A DNA stretch of 64,000 bases from Phoronis australis (Eukaryota; Animalia; Phoronida). The notes beneath the pieces are model-generated. The model was not told the DNA's origin and did not search any database. It saw nothing but the letters and a program-made list of their open reading frames with translations. Below are positions 36,301 to 45,527 of this stretch, piece after piece (position 1 is the first letter of the stretch; each line of letters begins with the position of its first letter). The position numbers and the translations under genes were made by a program. The DNA is taken from positions 345,169 through 409,168 of the forward strand of contig NMRA01000269.1 of assembly GCA_002633005.1 (NCBI GenBank), read 5' to 3'.

Positions 36301-38524
36301 ATGAGAGATGTCTGATGAAGGCTGTCCAGTTCTTAAGGGCTCTGCGGTAAGTTGCAGTAGTTTAAAGTTGCCTGTTATTTTCATTTTGCTTGTGCATAGG
36401 AATTCCATGATTAAAAGTGAGAAATTTATTGAATTGTGTGTCTTTTGTAAAAAATTAAGTTTCTGTTGAAAGAGCATTCTTTGCGATGGGAGATGATTCT
36501 GATAATTCAATGAAAATGACCGACCTATTTGAGCTGCATGTTTACTATGCAGTTGCAGCAGTGTACCCGTGATCGACACCTTTTCACGTTATTCAGTCTG
36601 TACTTACATATAATTTTCGCAGCATTTGTGCAAAAAGCCTACGCATTGTAATAAAACACAACATTTTCCTGCTTTCGCATGGTGTTGCCTACGAGACTAA
36701 AATTGTACACGCGACAAGGCAACTCAGTTGGCTTGTGAAAGTGTGTACCCACGTTCGACACAACACAACTAATCATTTTGGAATGTAAGTATCAGGAAGT
36801 CATGATTTTGTGACAGACAGTAATTTAATTAAATTAAATTTAAGAATTTTTGTACTATTGAACGTACGTTCTACTTCAAAATGGAAACTTTCCTGTGGTC
36901 TGGTTTCTCTATTTCTTCAACACGTTACAACTCGCATTCAAAAAACCAAGATTTTGCACGCATGTGGTTCACTAAAAAGGATGGCACGCATGTAGTGCAG
37001 GCTGTTTGTGTCTGAGACTTGAATGAAATTTAATTTAACAGGTAAGACCTTTAAAAACTTGTTAAAATCATATGGGTGTCTGTCAGTCGTGGGTACACTG
37101 TTGCTACTGTCAAAGTCGATGTTGATGGTATTGTTGTTTTCTTCCCAAGTTAAGAATTGGGTTTAAGTTTTGAGTGTAGAGCTGATCGGATGCTGGTGTT
37201 GAATCGTAGTCTGTGTTAAAAATTAGGAGGACCAAATGTAACATGGCTGTTATAAGATATCTTGCTTGCAGTGCCTACTGTTGGGTAGTTGTCTTTTGTT
37301 TTTGTCATTGTCTTTTGCATGGTAGAAGTCGTGAAAAGATCAGTCATTATTCATTAATCGTGTAACCATTTCTTGCTTTCTATGCCTCGAGCTATTGTAT
37401 TGTGCACTGAGGTCCATGAATGGCCCTCATCATTCATACTCTATGTTCAGAGACATCTGCTCCATTCCCCCTTGTTATCTCACCTCTCTTGTCTTTTTAG
37501 TCACCAATGGCCGTGTGACATGTTTGGGGTCAACGCTGACGATGACATTCCTGCCTTGATGGCAATCTACTGCAAGCAGCTGGCTGACAGGAAACCAGGT
37601 GGGTGTGGCCATCTTGACAGGTCGTCAGACGGTTTGTTCTTCGTTATAGGGCGTGCTCCGACACAAACTCTTAAGCGGCCCGAAATTATCATCCGCCGAC
37701 ATTTCGGTTAGGTTATTGGTTGATTATATTTTTCCCTGTTAGCTTTAAATTCACTGACCTGGCCAATTACAGAGGTCAGGCTACTGAGGAGAGTATGCAT
37801 CCCTGTGTTTTGGGAGCTACACTGGGCCACAAGTTGGTTAAAAATATATGAGCCAAAGTTGTAAACTTACCGCATTGGTGTTGAATGTGGGATTACAGCA
37901 GTTGATCAAACAAAGCTCAACAAACCACTGGTAGCATTTTTGTAACTTACTTTTTGCTAGTCTTGCCAAATTTTTAGGGCTCGTGTTTTAAATAAGGGAA
38001 ATGATACACTAACTGTTTGGTGGGACCAAAAACTAGTCGCCTGTTCTGCATATTTTGTCACCGTTAATTTGCGTATTGCACAAACTTTAGAATATTTTTT
38101 TTAACCTGAACCATGTTATGTTAGCTAAAACTAGCTCCCACGTGTTTGATAATTTCTGCCCTGCCCAATTCAGGAGCCAGTTTAACTCTCTAGGGAGGTC
38201 TGCGTATATTCAGGGTTTGACTGGCAAGTAAACAATTTCGGCCTCCTAAAGCATGTTTTTGACAGTTCAGTCTTTTTTGCTTGTGGTGCCAGTCGTATGT
38301 TGTTTCCCGGGCCTGCTCCTCGCTCCCACACGCCTCACACTCATTTCACTGTCTGTTGTCCAGGAATGGTAGTGATCACAAGGGCTGAGAACGACATCTG
38401 TAATGTGACCCGCCGACTGATGGAAGTCAAGCTACAGTTGTCAGCCTCCATTCATCAGCTGGAACAAGCATCCAAGGTCGACCGTGAGGTTATCATGAGA
38501 CAGTCGGAGTCCAGTTCACTATAG
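175..38524 (+). CDS. FRY: Protein furry homolog (FRY/FRYL; Tao3/Mor2 family NDR-kinase scaffold), multi-exon, 5' part outside window
   Basis: Phase-consistent GT-AG exon chain with furry-family motifs: [85 protein letters not shown]; stop TAG at 38522-38524. Confidence 0.95.
512..797 (+). mobile_element. tRNA-derived SINE (degenerate)
   Basis: A-box-like tagttctgtgg at ~521, B-box ggttcaatcc at 561-570, CORE-like gttcttgagtaaggcactta, 3' hairpin gagcc-tgat-ggctc and T-rich tail. Confidence 0.7.
920..1114 (+). CDS. FRY: FRY exon (EKSEP...[13 protein letters not shown]...GFSK)
   Basis: cttcttcag acceptor, AAG|gtaatt donor. Confidence 0.9.
1397..1486 (+). CDS. FRY: FRY exon ([15 protein letters not shown]...QER)
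   Basis: tgctag acceptor, CGG|gtaggt donor, phase 0-0; absent from ORF track. Confidence 0.85.
1914..2185 (+). CDS. FRY: FRY exon ([14 protein letters not shown]...FDPWLECL...HVDP)
   Basis: tttctttcag acceptor, GA|gtaagt donor. Confidence 0.9.
2678..3022 (+). CDS. FRY: FRY exon (SPQNDN...[17 protein letters not shown]...INPDAF)
   Basis: cagcag NAGNAG acceptor (start 2678 or 2681), CA|gtgagt donor. Confidence 0.88.
3349..3671 (+). CDS. FRY: FRY exon ([20 protein letters not shown]...RTHFSGFI)
   Basis: ttcag acceptor, G|gtaagg donor. Confidence 0.9.
4300..4408 (+). CDS. FRY: FRY exon ([26 protein letters not shown])
   Basis: ttccag acceptor, AT|gtaagt donor, phase-compatible. Confidence 0.85.
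4735..4894 (+). CDS. FRY: FRY exon ([16 protein letters not shown]...YVYSWLD)
   Basis: cttttag acceptor, ACT|gtaagt donor, conserved furry motif. Confidence 0.9.
5715..5782 (+). repeat. Imperfect (CAT)n microsatellite
   Basis: catcatcatcat runs visible. Confidence 0.8.
5926..6790 (+). mobile_element. Non-autonomous Helentron/HINE-like element with degenerate ~130-140 bp internal tandem units
   Basis: 5' TT plus short hairpin (cctcac...gtggg), ccgt-like microsatellite remnant, repeated ttgatggatgttcatga...cccctagtgg units. Confidence 0.45.
7269..7728 (+). CDS. FRY: FRY exon (VYLLAQET...IIDRCYTGS...[10 protein letters not shown])
   Basis: ctgtcag acceptor, G|gtgagt donor. Confidence 0.92.
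8067..8348. mobile_element. Penelope-like inverted-repeat remnant with tail and 15-bp flanking direct repeat
   Basis: ~107-bp inverted arms at 8067-8173 and 8214-8320, 28-nt tail, tcgtctagaaccttg at 8054-8068 and 8349-8363. Confidence 0.6.
8430..8680 (+). CDS. FRY: FRY exon (ITQRFQTA...[21 protein letters not shown])
   Basis: ctgtag acceptor, AAG|gtacac donor. Confidence 0.9.
9083..9217 (+). CDS. FRY: FRY exon ([17 protein letters not shown]...LLPY)
   Basis: tttcag acceptor, TAT|gtaagt donor. Confidence 0.9.
9574..9848 (+). CDS. FRY: FRY exon ([13 protein letters not shown]...ELGLD)
   Basis: ttcacag acceptor, GA|gtaagt donor. Confidence 0.9.
10122..10276 (+). CDS. FRY: FRY exon ([26 protein letters not shown]...)
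   Basis: tgcag acceptor, G|gtaggt donor, phase 2-1 fits neighbours. Confidence 0.8.
10624..10872 (+). CDS. FRY: FRY exon ([15 protein letters not shown]...[15 protein letters not shown])
   Basis: ttcacag acceptor, G|gtacgt donor. Confidence 0.92.
11672..12070 (+). repeat. ~122-bp tandem repeat (3 copies plus partial) spanning an intron-exon boundary
   Basis: Acceptor plus GAATGGAT...GAACACTGCAA..AAGCT repeated with exon starts at 11749, 11870 and 11992. Confidence 0.92.
11992..12177 (+). CDS. FRY: FRY exon ([19 protein letters not shown]...GFT)
   Basis: Third of three tandem acceptors and the only one giving an open frame to the A|gtaagt donor. Confidence 0.88.
12748..12934 (+). CDS. FRY: FRY exon (SSPRLETQV...ALIDFMAT), copy A
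   Basis: tcacag acceptor, AG|gtgggg donor. Confidence 0.85.
13374..13584 (+). CDS. FRY: FRY exon (PLWSWEDIT...[13 protein letters not shown]), copy A
   Basis: cctag acceptor, CAG|gtatgt donor. Confidence 0.92.
14158..14518 (+). CDS. FRY: FRY exon (LFRSLRVPL...[12 protein letters not shown]...), copy A
   Basis: ttgcag acceptor, G|gttagt donor. Confidence 0.92.
14709..14920 (+). CDS. FRY: FRY exon (RSRSAQSLK...[19 protein letters not shown]), copy A
   Basis: aatcag acceptor, AAG|gtaggt donor. Confidence 0.9.
15323..15533 (+). CDS. FRY: FRY exon (ILSRIQL...[15 protein letters not shown]), copy A
   Basis: ctccccag acceptor, G|gtgggt donor. Confidence 0.9.
16157..16254 (+). CDS. FRY: FRY exon ([12 protein letters not shown]...ENISQ), copy A
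   Basis: ccacag acceptor, CAG|gtgaat donor. Confidence 0.9.
16304..16542 (+). mobile_element. MITE, CAGGGCTT-TIR family (subfamily 2)
   Basis: Termini CAGGGCTTGAAAT...ATTCTAAGCCCTG; homologous to 53403-53646; absent from copy B. Confidence 0.8.
16805..16972 (+). CDS. FRY: FRY exon ([20 protein letters not shown]...LLIE), copy A
   Basis: ttgcag acceptor, GAG|gtcagt donor. Confidence 0.9.
17144..17448 (+). mobile_element. MITE, CAGGGCTTGGAAT-TIR family (subfamily 1), copy A
   Basis: Perfect 13-bp TIR; flanks ataact/ataacc. Confidence 0.85.
17717..18488. mobile_element. Haplotype-specific DNA transposon insertion, truncated at the N
   Basis: Begins gggctgttcca where copy B continues uninterrupted (tttactgag|tggatg); repeated aaaattatgggtggt subterminal motifs. 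Confidence 0.6.
18490..22575 (+). CDS. FRY: Second (probably allelic) copy of seven FRY exons: 18490-18598 (5'-truncated at N), 19050-19260, 19857-20217, 20408-20619, 21016-21226, 21848-21945, 22408-22575
   Basis: Near-identical peptides to the exons at 12748-16972; begins right after the single N at 18489. Confidence 0.85.
22739..23044 (+). mobile_element. MITE, CAGGGCTTGGAAT-TIR family (subfamily 1), copy B
   Basis: Perfect 13-bp TIR; exact 6-bp TSD ataact. Confidence 0.88.
23115..23470 (+). repeat. Degenerate ~99-bp tandem array (3-4 units)
   Basis: Repeated tgggcaacttgtaca..aacattaactt..cactgttgacctttgacccatgttgct unit. Confidence 0.75.
23573..23713 (+). CDS. FRY: FRY exon ([17 protein letters not shown]...SKYVE)
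   Basis: cctccag acceptor, GAG|gtaggt donor. Confidence 0.9.
24478..24661 (+). CDS. FRY: FRY exon ([21 protein letters not shown]...KKELP)
   Basis: tttgcag acceptor, G|gtaggt donor. Confidence 0.9.
24817..25022 (+). CDS. FRY: FRY exon (GRTIDFFYD...WKKPQSSQ)
   Basis: ctttag acceptor, CAG|gtaggg donor. Confidence 0.9.
25404..25484 (+). CDS. FRY: FRY exon ([27 protein letters not shown])
   Basis: atgcag acceptor, TCT|gtaagt donor. Confidence 0.88.
28141..28234 (+). CDS. FRY: FRY exon (VVFSQSSD...SSSEEAS)
   Basis: ccacag acceptor, G|gtaagg donor. Confidence 0.85.
28549..28655 (+). repeat. 20-bp minisatellite (ATGTATACATGTATGTGTGT)x~5
   Basis: Four perfect units plus partial flanks. Confidence 0.95.
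29094..29188 (+). CDS. FRY: FRY exon (DARLEDSS...[13 protein letters not shown])
   Basis: tccacag acceptor, GAG|gtacgt donor; FDFLD motif. Confidence 0.88.
29713..29862 (+). CDS. FRY: FRY exon ([13 protein letters not shown]...DESSDDD)
   Basis: ttttcag acceptor, GAC|gtaagt donor. Confidence 0.82.
30753..30880 (+). CDS. FRY: FRY exon (IRSVSPSP...SSMSGS)
   Basis: tttacag acceptor, AC|gtaagt donor. Confidence 0.82.
31214..31583 (+). CDS. FRY: FRY exon (HSIHTLDSD...EDIWRSHV...[11 protein letters not shown])
   Basis: ttcgcag acceptor, ACG|gtacta donor. Confidence 0.9.
31896..31994 (+). CDS. FRY: FRY exon ([24 protein letters not shown]...LE)
   Basis: cacttag acceptor, GAG|gtaact donor. Confidence 0.88.
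32570..32880 (+). mobile_element. Decayed 3' fragment of a non-LTR retrotransposon (RT C-terminal Cys/His region)
   Basis: [37 protein letters not shown] matches the LPIETGR..IP.E.R.C..C...EDE.H..F.C.Y pattern of LINE ORF ends. Confidence 0.7.
33214..33291 (+). CDS. FRY: FRY exon ([10 protein letters not shown]...GEEQ)
   Basis: ttttctag acceptor, CAG|gtatgt donor. Confidence 0.85.
33483..33901. mobile_element. pogo/Tc1-mariner-like MITE (degenerate)
   Basis: Right end gttgtaacgagttttgactg; left-end remnant cgcgttacaatgaac. Confidence 0.4.
34360..34365 (+). CDS. FRY: Candidate 6-nt FRY microexon (TAC AAC = YN)
   Basis: ccctaac branch point, pyrimidine tract, cag|TACAAC|gtaagt in a phase-0 intron; two TGCATG downstream. 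Confidence 0.55.
35737..35847 (+). CDS. FRY: FRY exon ([25 protein letters not shown]...EQ)
   Basis: cagcag NAGNAG acceptor (35737/35740), CAG|gtctgt donor. Confidence 0.9.
35876..36100 (+). repeat. Degenerate ~30-bp minisatellite
   Basis: Recurrent ttaaagg(a/g)cca core. Confidence 0.5.
36150..36346 (+). CDS. FRY: FRY exon (VTDLSDEV...KAVQFLRAL)
   Basis: tttcag acceptor, CG|gtaagt donor. Confidence 0.88.
37501..37598 (+). CDS. FRY: FRY exon (HQWPCDMFG...ADRKP)
   Basis: tttttag acceptor, G|gtgggt donor; WPxDxFG motif. Confidence 0.88.
38364..38524 (+). CDS. FRY: FRY terminal coding exon ([10 protein letters not shown]...QSESSSL*)
   Basis: gtccag acceptor, stop TAG. Confidence 0.85.
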
Positions 38525-38720
38525 CACGATGTCATGGATTGTCCACTAGATGGAGCTATCATCCAAGGTCGACTGTGAGGTTATCATGAGACAGTCGGAG
38601 TCCAGTTCACTATAGCATTAGGTCATGGATTGTCCACTAGATGGAGCTATCATCCAAGGTCGACTGTGAGGTTATCATGAGACAGTCAGAGACCAGTTCA
38701 CTATGGCATGAGATTTATCA
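38470..38720 (+). repeat. 91-bp tandem triplication spanning the FRY stop codon
   Basis: tccaaggtcgac.gtgaggttatcatgagacagtc at 38471, 38562 and 38653. Confidence 0.92.
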
Positions 38721-39305
38721 TGAGATGGTCATGAGACAAGAGTCCTGCTTGCTGTCACCACGAGACGATGGATATCTCGGTGTAGTCCTTGTAAACTATA
38801 CACTGCTCAGTGGTACTAGACTTCACTGGATCAGCAGGACTCCTCAAACAGGTGCATGTATGTGTAATTATTTACCTCATATGTGGATATCAATCAAAGA
38901 TTTAGAAAGAAGTTCAAATTCTTATGAGAACATCATGTTGGCAGATTGCATGTGCATATTAGTCATGTGCGTATTAGTCATGTGCATATTATTCAACTAT
39001 AGTTTTATCACACGTTTAGTTGAGTAAAGTCATCTACTTGGGATACTGAGTTTGAACAACCATATGATAGTCACCCGTTTATTCGGTTAGTTTCTAGTTT
39101 TTGTATTACCTCTCGTATGACGGACATGACCGCAGTTAAATGTGGACATGGTATTAGATAAGTGGTTCTGTGAAATGTATGCTTTCCCTTTGCCAGCTCT
39201 GTCTGTTACCAAAGTGTGTTATTTGAAAAATAGAATGAAAGAGTATTAGGTAATTTATTTGTAGTTGGAGACGATATTGACTGTTATTTTATTTTTGTTT
39301 TTGCC

Positions 39306-42300
39306 AGCTAGTTGGTTCTCTTGTGAACCATTACACGACTTTTTCTGTGTGTTACGACGTACGTTCGTTTGACTCGTGTGTTAACTGGTTATCTGCTGTT
39401 AATAATTTTGTTAAGTTGTTTCTAGTGCCAAAGCCAATCTGTTGCCTAATCTGTGGCAAAATCGTTTGTTTGTCTGGGATATTGTTGCCTGAAGCAATAT
39501 TGTTTATATATTTATGAATATTGTTTAGGCACACTATGGGGCTGGTAAAAGTGACTGGGCTTACAAACACTCTGTGAAATCCAGAAATTGTTTTTGCAGC
39601 TCTAGTCCTGGAACCTGTAGATTTATTTAGCAGTTGCCACGGTAACCAATTTACTGCTAAATAGACGTTGTTGTCTTGTTTACAAAAAAATCGAGCTCCA
39701 GAAAGAAAATCTGTGGGTTTGCCTTTAACTTTGCTAACGCACAAAGGCAGTTTTATGGTCTCTTGAAAATGAGGAAAGTTTCAAGCCAGACTGTCCTGTT
39801 CTTTTAAAGGTTTTGTTGGCTATAACATAATACACGCCACCATTGCATAGTGCTATTATGTCTTCTAATTGACTGTGTTCTAATTGTGTTCATTGTAAAT
39901 ACATCATATACGATTATTTGCAGTCATAAATTGACTCGCTTGGTTTCCCTCAAGCTAACTAGCAACAATTTATACACCTGGGAGTAGTTTCATGAAATCT
40001 TAAACTTACTAGGTCTTAATTTGCGCACATTTTATCAACATGGTTCGCGAACACCGCCGAGTCTGAGTATAATGCGAGTTGCTACGTTTCGCTGTCGTAA
40101 AAAAACAGTGATGCATTCACAGTAACACGCGTCCATTGGGCATACAAGCTTTGATGAAATAGGGCTAAAAAGCAGTTCCAGCAGGCGTAAAGGAGTATGC
40201 TACACATCATCAGCAAGTACTGAATCTATAATGGTAGTTATGGTAAACTTGCAAGGTATCTCAAACTTGGAATTCTATAAAAGGTACCTGAACAAGTTGT
40301 TTAATGTGGTGTTGTATGTCCATCTGAGGAACTGGAGACTTCCCATTGCACCGGACCGTATCGAATGAATGAGGCAAGAGTTTAACACCGTTGGATTGAC
40401 GGGTGTTTAGGGTGGGCAGCGGGCATATATGTGAAACAAAATAATTTCTTTGAAAATTATAAAGTCATTTTGGATATAGGTTCCTGCTCGAGTGGTAATA
40501 AACTTGTATGGTCACCTGGAACTGGGACGTTCCCCGTAACCTGTTTAAAAACACTACATGCCAGTGAATTCTCAAAATAAAACGTACAAACTTAAAGTAC
40601 ATTGCAAATTACATGTCATGTATTTCATTGAAGAGAAAAAGCCAATTCACAATCCGCTAGATTGGCCAGACTGAAGCGTCGCAGAAAATAGCATTAACAT
40701 ATAACACAGTTCAAAGCACAGTTCAGCCATTCTGTCTTTAAAATTCATAGAAAACAACATCAGTCATAAAAATTTGTTATCAAATTATTTGCAGGACATA
40801 TAGAACAGTGGTGTGGAATACACACAGCAATGAATAGCACCTATACTTCTCTCATGCAAACGGGAATAACAATTATACATCTGGATATGTTGTAACAACC
40901 ACTAGTTTAGTGACCACAGAATACTGACCACTGATGGTAAAGAGATTGCTGTCAACTGCGTAAGCACATTTGTCTCATAAAAAAGTATGATTGCAAGATT
41001 TAATAACCCTTAAGTGTTCAATTCTGACCAAACCATCATTAGGACAAGGAAAACGTCCACATACTGAATATAAGTGTTTTTTCGAGAACAGACTGGGTAC
41101 TTGGTCAGTCAATGGAAATGCATGCAGCTAAGATTCGGAACTAAACAATTGATTTTCTTTTTTCAAAGATTGACTGAAGCACATTAACCAATAAGAAACC
41201 AACAGTTGTTTGACGGCACCCGCATCATACAAACTACATTAATTAGCAGTAGAATTTTCTCATATGTCTTTTGATAAATTAGACAAACTAAAATTACCCA
41301 CTTTTTGCTGTATTGTGATTTCCCCAGTTTGCCAATAGACAATGACAACTGACACACTAAAAGCAGCTCCTGTGCACAGCATACTAGCCAACGATATAGC
41401 ACAATTGTTTGTGGTCTCGGCTCATTGAAACTTGCCCCTAACTGAAAAGGATCCCTACTCATTTCAGCTGTCATCAGACGACACTGAGGAAAAAAGCATA
41501 CTGACCCATTTCAGGTTGCATCNAGCTAGTTGGTTCTCTTGTGAACCATTACACGACTTTTTCTGTGTGTTACGACGTACGTTCGTTTGACTCGTATGTT
41601 AACTGGTTATCTGCTGTTAATAATTTTGTTAAGTTGTTTCTAGTGCCAAAGCCAATCTGTTGCCTAATCTGTGGCAAAATCGTTTATGTTTGTCTGGGAT
41701 ATTGTTGCCTGAAGCAATATTGTTTATATATTTATGAATATTGTTTAGGCACACTATGGGGCTGGTAAAAGTGACTGGGCTTACAAACACTGTGAAATCC
41801 AGAAAGTGTTTTTTGCAGCTCTAGTCCTGGAACCTGTAGATTTATTTAGCAGTTGCCACAGTAACCAATTTACTGCTAAATAGACGTTGTTGTCTTGTTT
41901 ACAAAAAAATCGAGCTCCAGAAAGAAAATCTGTGGGTTTGCCTTTAACTTTGCTAACGCACAAAGGCAGTTTTACGGTCTCTTGAAAATGAGGAAAGTTT
42001 CAAGCCAGACTGTCCTGTTCTTTTAAAGGTTTTGTTGGCTATAACATAATACACGCCACCATTGCATAGTGCTATTATGTCTTCTAATCGACTGTGTTCT
42101 AATTGTGTTCATTGTAAATACATCATATACGATTATTTGCAGTCATAAATCTGACTCGCTTGGTTTCCCTCAAGCTAACTAGCAACAATTTATACACCTG
42201 GGAGTGGTTTCATGAAATCTTAAACTTACTAGGTCTTAATTTGCGCAAAGTTCATCAACATGGTTCGTGAACACCACCGAGTCCGAGTATCATGCGAGTT

Positions 42301-43732
42301 GCTACGTTTCGCTCTCGTAAAAAAACAGTAATGCATTCACAATAACACACGTCGATTGGGTGTATGAGCTTTGATGAAATAGGCCTAAAAAGTAGTTCCA
42401 GCAGGCGAAAAGGAGTATGCTACACACTATCGGCAAGTACTGAATCTATAATGGTAGTTATGGAAAAATTGCAAGGTACCTCAAAATTGGAATTCCGTAA
42501 AAGGTACCTGAACAAGATGAGTGTTAAATGTGGTGTTGTATGTCCATCTGGAGACTTCCCATTGCACCGGACTGTATCAAATGAATGAGGCAAGAGTATA
42601 AATTCGTAGGATTGACGGGTGTTTAGGGTGGGTGGTGGGCATATATGTGAAACAAAATAATTTCTTTGAACAAGTCATTTTGGATATAGGTTCCTGCTCG
42701 AGTAGCAATAAACTTGAATGGTCACCTGGAACAGGGACGTTCCCCGTAACCTGTTTAAAAATGCTACATGCCAGTGAATTCTCAAAATAAAACGTACAAA
42801 CTTAAAGTACATTGCAAATTACATGTCATGTATTTCATTGAAGAGAAAAAGCCAATTCACAATCCGCTAGATTGGCCAGACTGAAGCGTCGCAGAAAATA
42901 GCATTAACATATAACACAGTTCGAAGCACAGTTCAGCCATTCTGTCTTTAAAATTCATAGAAAACAACATCAGTCATAAAAATTTGTTATCAAATTATTT
43001 GCAGGACATATAGAACAGTGGTGTGGAATACACACGGCAATGAATAGCACCTATACTTCTCTCATGCAAACGGGAATAACAATTATACATCTGGATATGT
43101 TGTAACAACCACTAGTTTAGTGACCACAGAATACTGACCACTGATGGTAAAGAGATTGCTGTCAACTGCGTAAGCACATTTGTCTCATAAAAAAGTATGA
43201 TTGCAAGATTTAATAACCCTTAAGTGTTCAATTCTGACCAAACCATCATTAGGACAAGGAAAACGTCCACATACTGAATATAAGTGTTTTTTCGAGAACA
43301 GACTGGGTACTTGGTCAGTCAATGGAAATGCATGCAGCTAAGATTCGGAACTAAACAATTGATTTTCTTTTTTCAAAGATTGACTGAAGCACATTAACCA
43401 ATAAGAAACCAACAGTTGTTTGACGGCACCCGCATCATACAAACTACATTAATTAGCAGTAGAATTTTCTCATATGTCTTTTGATAAATTAGACAAACTA
43501 AAATTACCCACTTTTTGCTGTATTGTGATTTCCCCAGTTTGCCAATAGACAATGACAACTGACACACTAAAAGCAGCTCCTGTGCACAGCATACTAGCCA
43601 ACGATATAGCACAATTGTTTGTGGTCTCGGCTCATTGAAACTTGCCCCTAACTGAAAAGGATCCCTACTCATTTCAGCTGTCATCAGACGACACTGAGGA
43701 AAAAAGCATACTGACCCATTTCAGGTTGCATC
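39306..43732 (+). repeat. 2.2-kb apparent tandem duplication (39306-41522 / 41524-43732), probably uncollapsed haplotypes
   Basis: Colinear copies joined exactly at a single N (41523). Confidence 0.88.
39978..40167. mobile_element. Harbinger-like MITE between the two 3' UTRs (second copy 42198-42387)
   Basis: Degenerate TIR: gtttcatgaaa ... tttgatgaaatagg. Confidence 0.45.
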
Positions 43733-45411
43733 ATTGAAAAGGACAACTAAAAAAAATACTGCATTAGTTTTCAAAAAACCACTGACCAAACCAGTTATGC
43801 TATTTCTTTGGCCTTGGAGTCTGCTACCAATACTAAGAAGGGTATCACTATAAATGATGATGAAAATGGCTTCTCATTGGACAAATAGTGGTAACCGCAT
43901 AATTAGAGCCATTCTGACATTCCTATTGGTTAAAAGTTGATAAACGCCTTTGTGATTTGCAGTTGCCGCAACAACAGCAAGCTAAATCGATGCATTGCAC
44001 ACAACTTTTTGCCATTTGACTCGCTCAAGGAAACACGGTGCCAAGTAATCTAGGGCCACTCTTACCCAGATGGCGCTGTGTAACCATGTACAACCATACT
44101 TGAATTACGACTTATTTTCAGGCAGGGGCTTAACGTTTAACCAAACAACTGACTGGCCTGGCCACCCAGGTCCAGCAAATTATAAATTACCGAAAAACCA
44201 ATAAACAGACCACAAAACACGCCTACCAAAAAGCCGGAAAAAGACGAACACAGAAAGCAGCAAAGACAAGCCGAAAGCTTAAAATTAAGCTTGAAAAGAC
44301 GCCACAGTCTAAATAGATTATACATTATATAGAACATTTCTTTTGACTAAAATAAATAAAATCCTAGATGTCACACGGCAGACTCTTCCATAGTCGCAGT
44401 AATGTTTCACCCATGTTCTGTGGGTGGATCACACATTCAGATTCACCAGCTGTCTGAAGTCACATAACATTACTGTCTTGATAAAATACAATCGATAAAA
44501 CATTGCACGTCGCTGACTTCCGCAAGAACACTGGGGAATTGAATACAGGGAGCATCAAAACTAATGCATATAAATTATATAACATTCCACATAATTAAGT
44601 TAGCCTTTGGTATTTCATTGACATCATTATACAAGTCGCATATAATTCATGGACAGCATTTTTATCTTAACCTGGGCTAATTCACTGAAACTGTGATTAT
44701 TAACCAAGCATAACTCATTGAAAATATTACAATAAAGAGCTCCTCGTGTCTTGCCTGAAGTGGATGAACGAAACGAGGCCTCCTGAGAGTCGATGTCATA
44801 GCAACATGATCGTCTATGAATTGTTCAGTGTCAAAAAAATTGCTTCACATGAACAATAATGGTCTACAGGGCGCCAATGGGAATGCATAACCTTGCAAAG
44901 GGTCGATTGCAAGTAAATTACAATACAAAACACTAAACGCTACGAACGTGATAAAATTGGTACCCATGTTCCTAGTTCACTTTATAAATTTCAAGGAAAC
45001 ATTTGATGCCACAGACACAAACAGGCATCACAGTTTCTGCAGAAACTATTAGTGTGGGAACAAACTTATGCATGGAAGACATATTTATGCTACCGAAGTA
45101 AACAAATTATGCTATCCGTTGGACCACTTTATGGTCTTTTCAAGTCTAACATAAGAGAAAAAAAAATTTACAACGTAACGTCTATTGGTCAATTTACTAA
45201 TTCTCATCTACGTGACTGATATCAAAAATGGAATTCAGGAAGGCGTCAGAGGATGTTCACCTGAGATTACATCTTAACAGGGAATACAAAATGCATCAGA
45301 TCTCCGCCTCTCGACAGCTGGCTGGCATTGCACGTGTCTACACAGCACAATGGCTCTGACTACAGTGACATCTAGGTTCATAAACACAAGTCCGGATACG
45401 ATAGCAGTTGG

Positions 45412-45527
45412 TCATGAGGATTCTTTGAGCTTTTTTATGGCATAACGTACGTAGTTGACGTACTGAGTGATGGAGTTTCCGTTGATGGTCAGTTTTCCGC
45501 ACTGATTATCAACATCCGCGAAGAAGT
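45412..45527 (-). CDS. AFF4: AFF terminal exon (FFADVDNQCGKLTINGNSITQYVNYVRYAIKKLKESS*)
   Basis: attgcag acceptor, TGA stop; absent from ORF track. Confidence 0.88.

Noticed and set aside
37030-37047. Recursive splice site ttaacag|gtaaga
   Set aside because: Weak pyrimidine tract, and the intron is only ~1.15 kb
38641-39027. 128-aa ORF as a separate gene
   Set aside because: Start derives from the stop-codon repeat; the remainder is low-information UTR sequence
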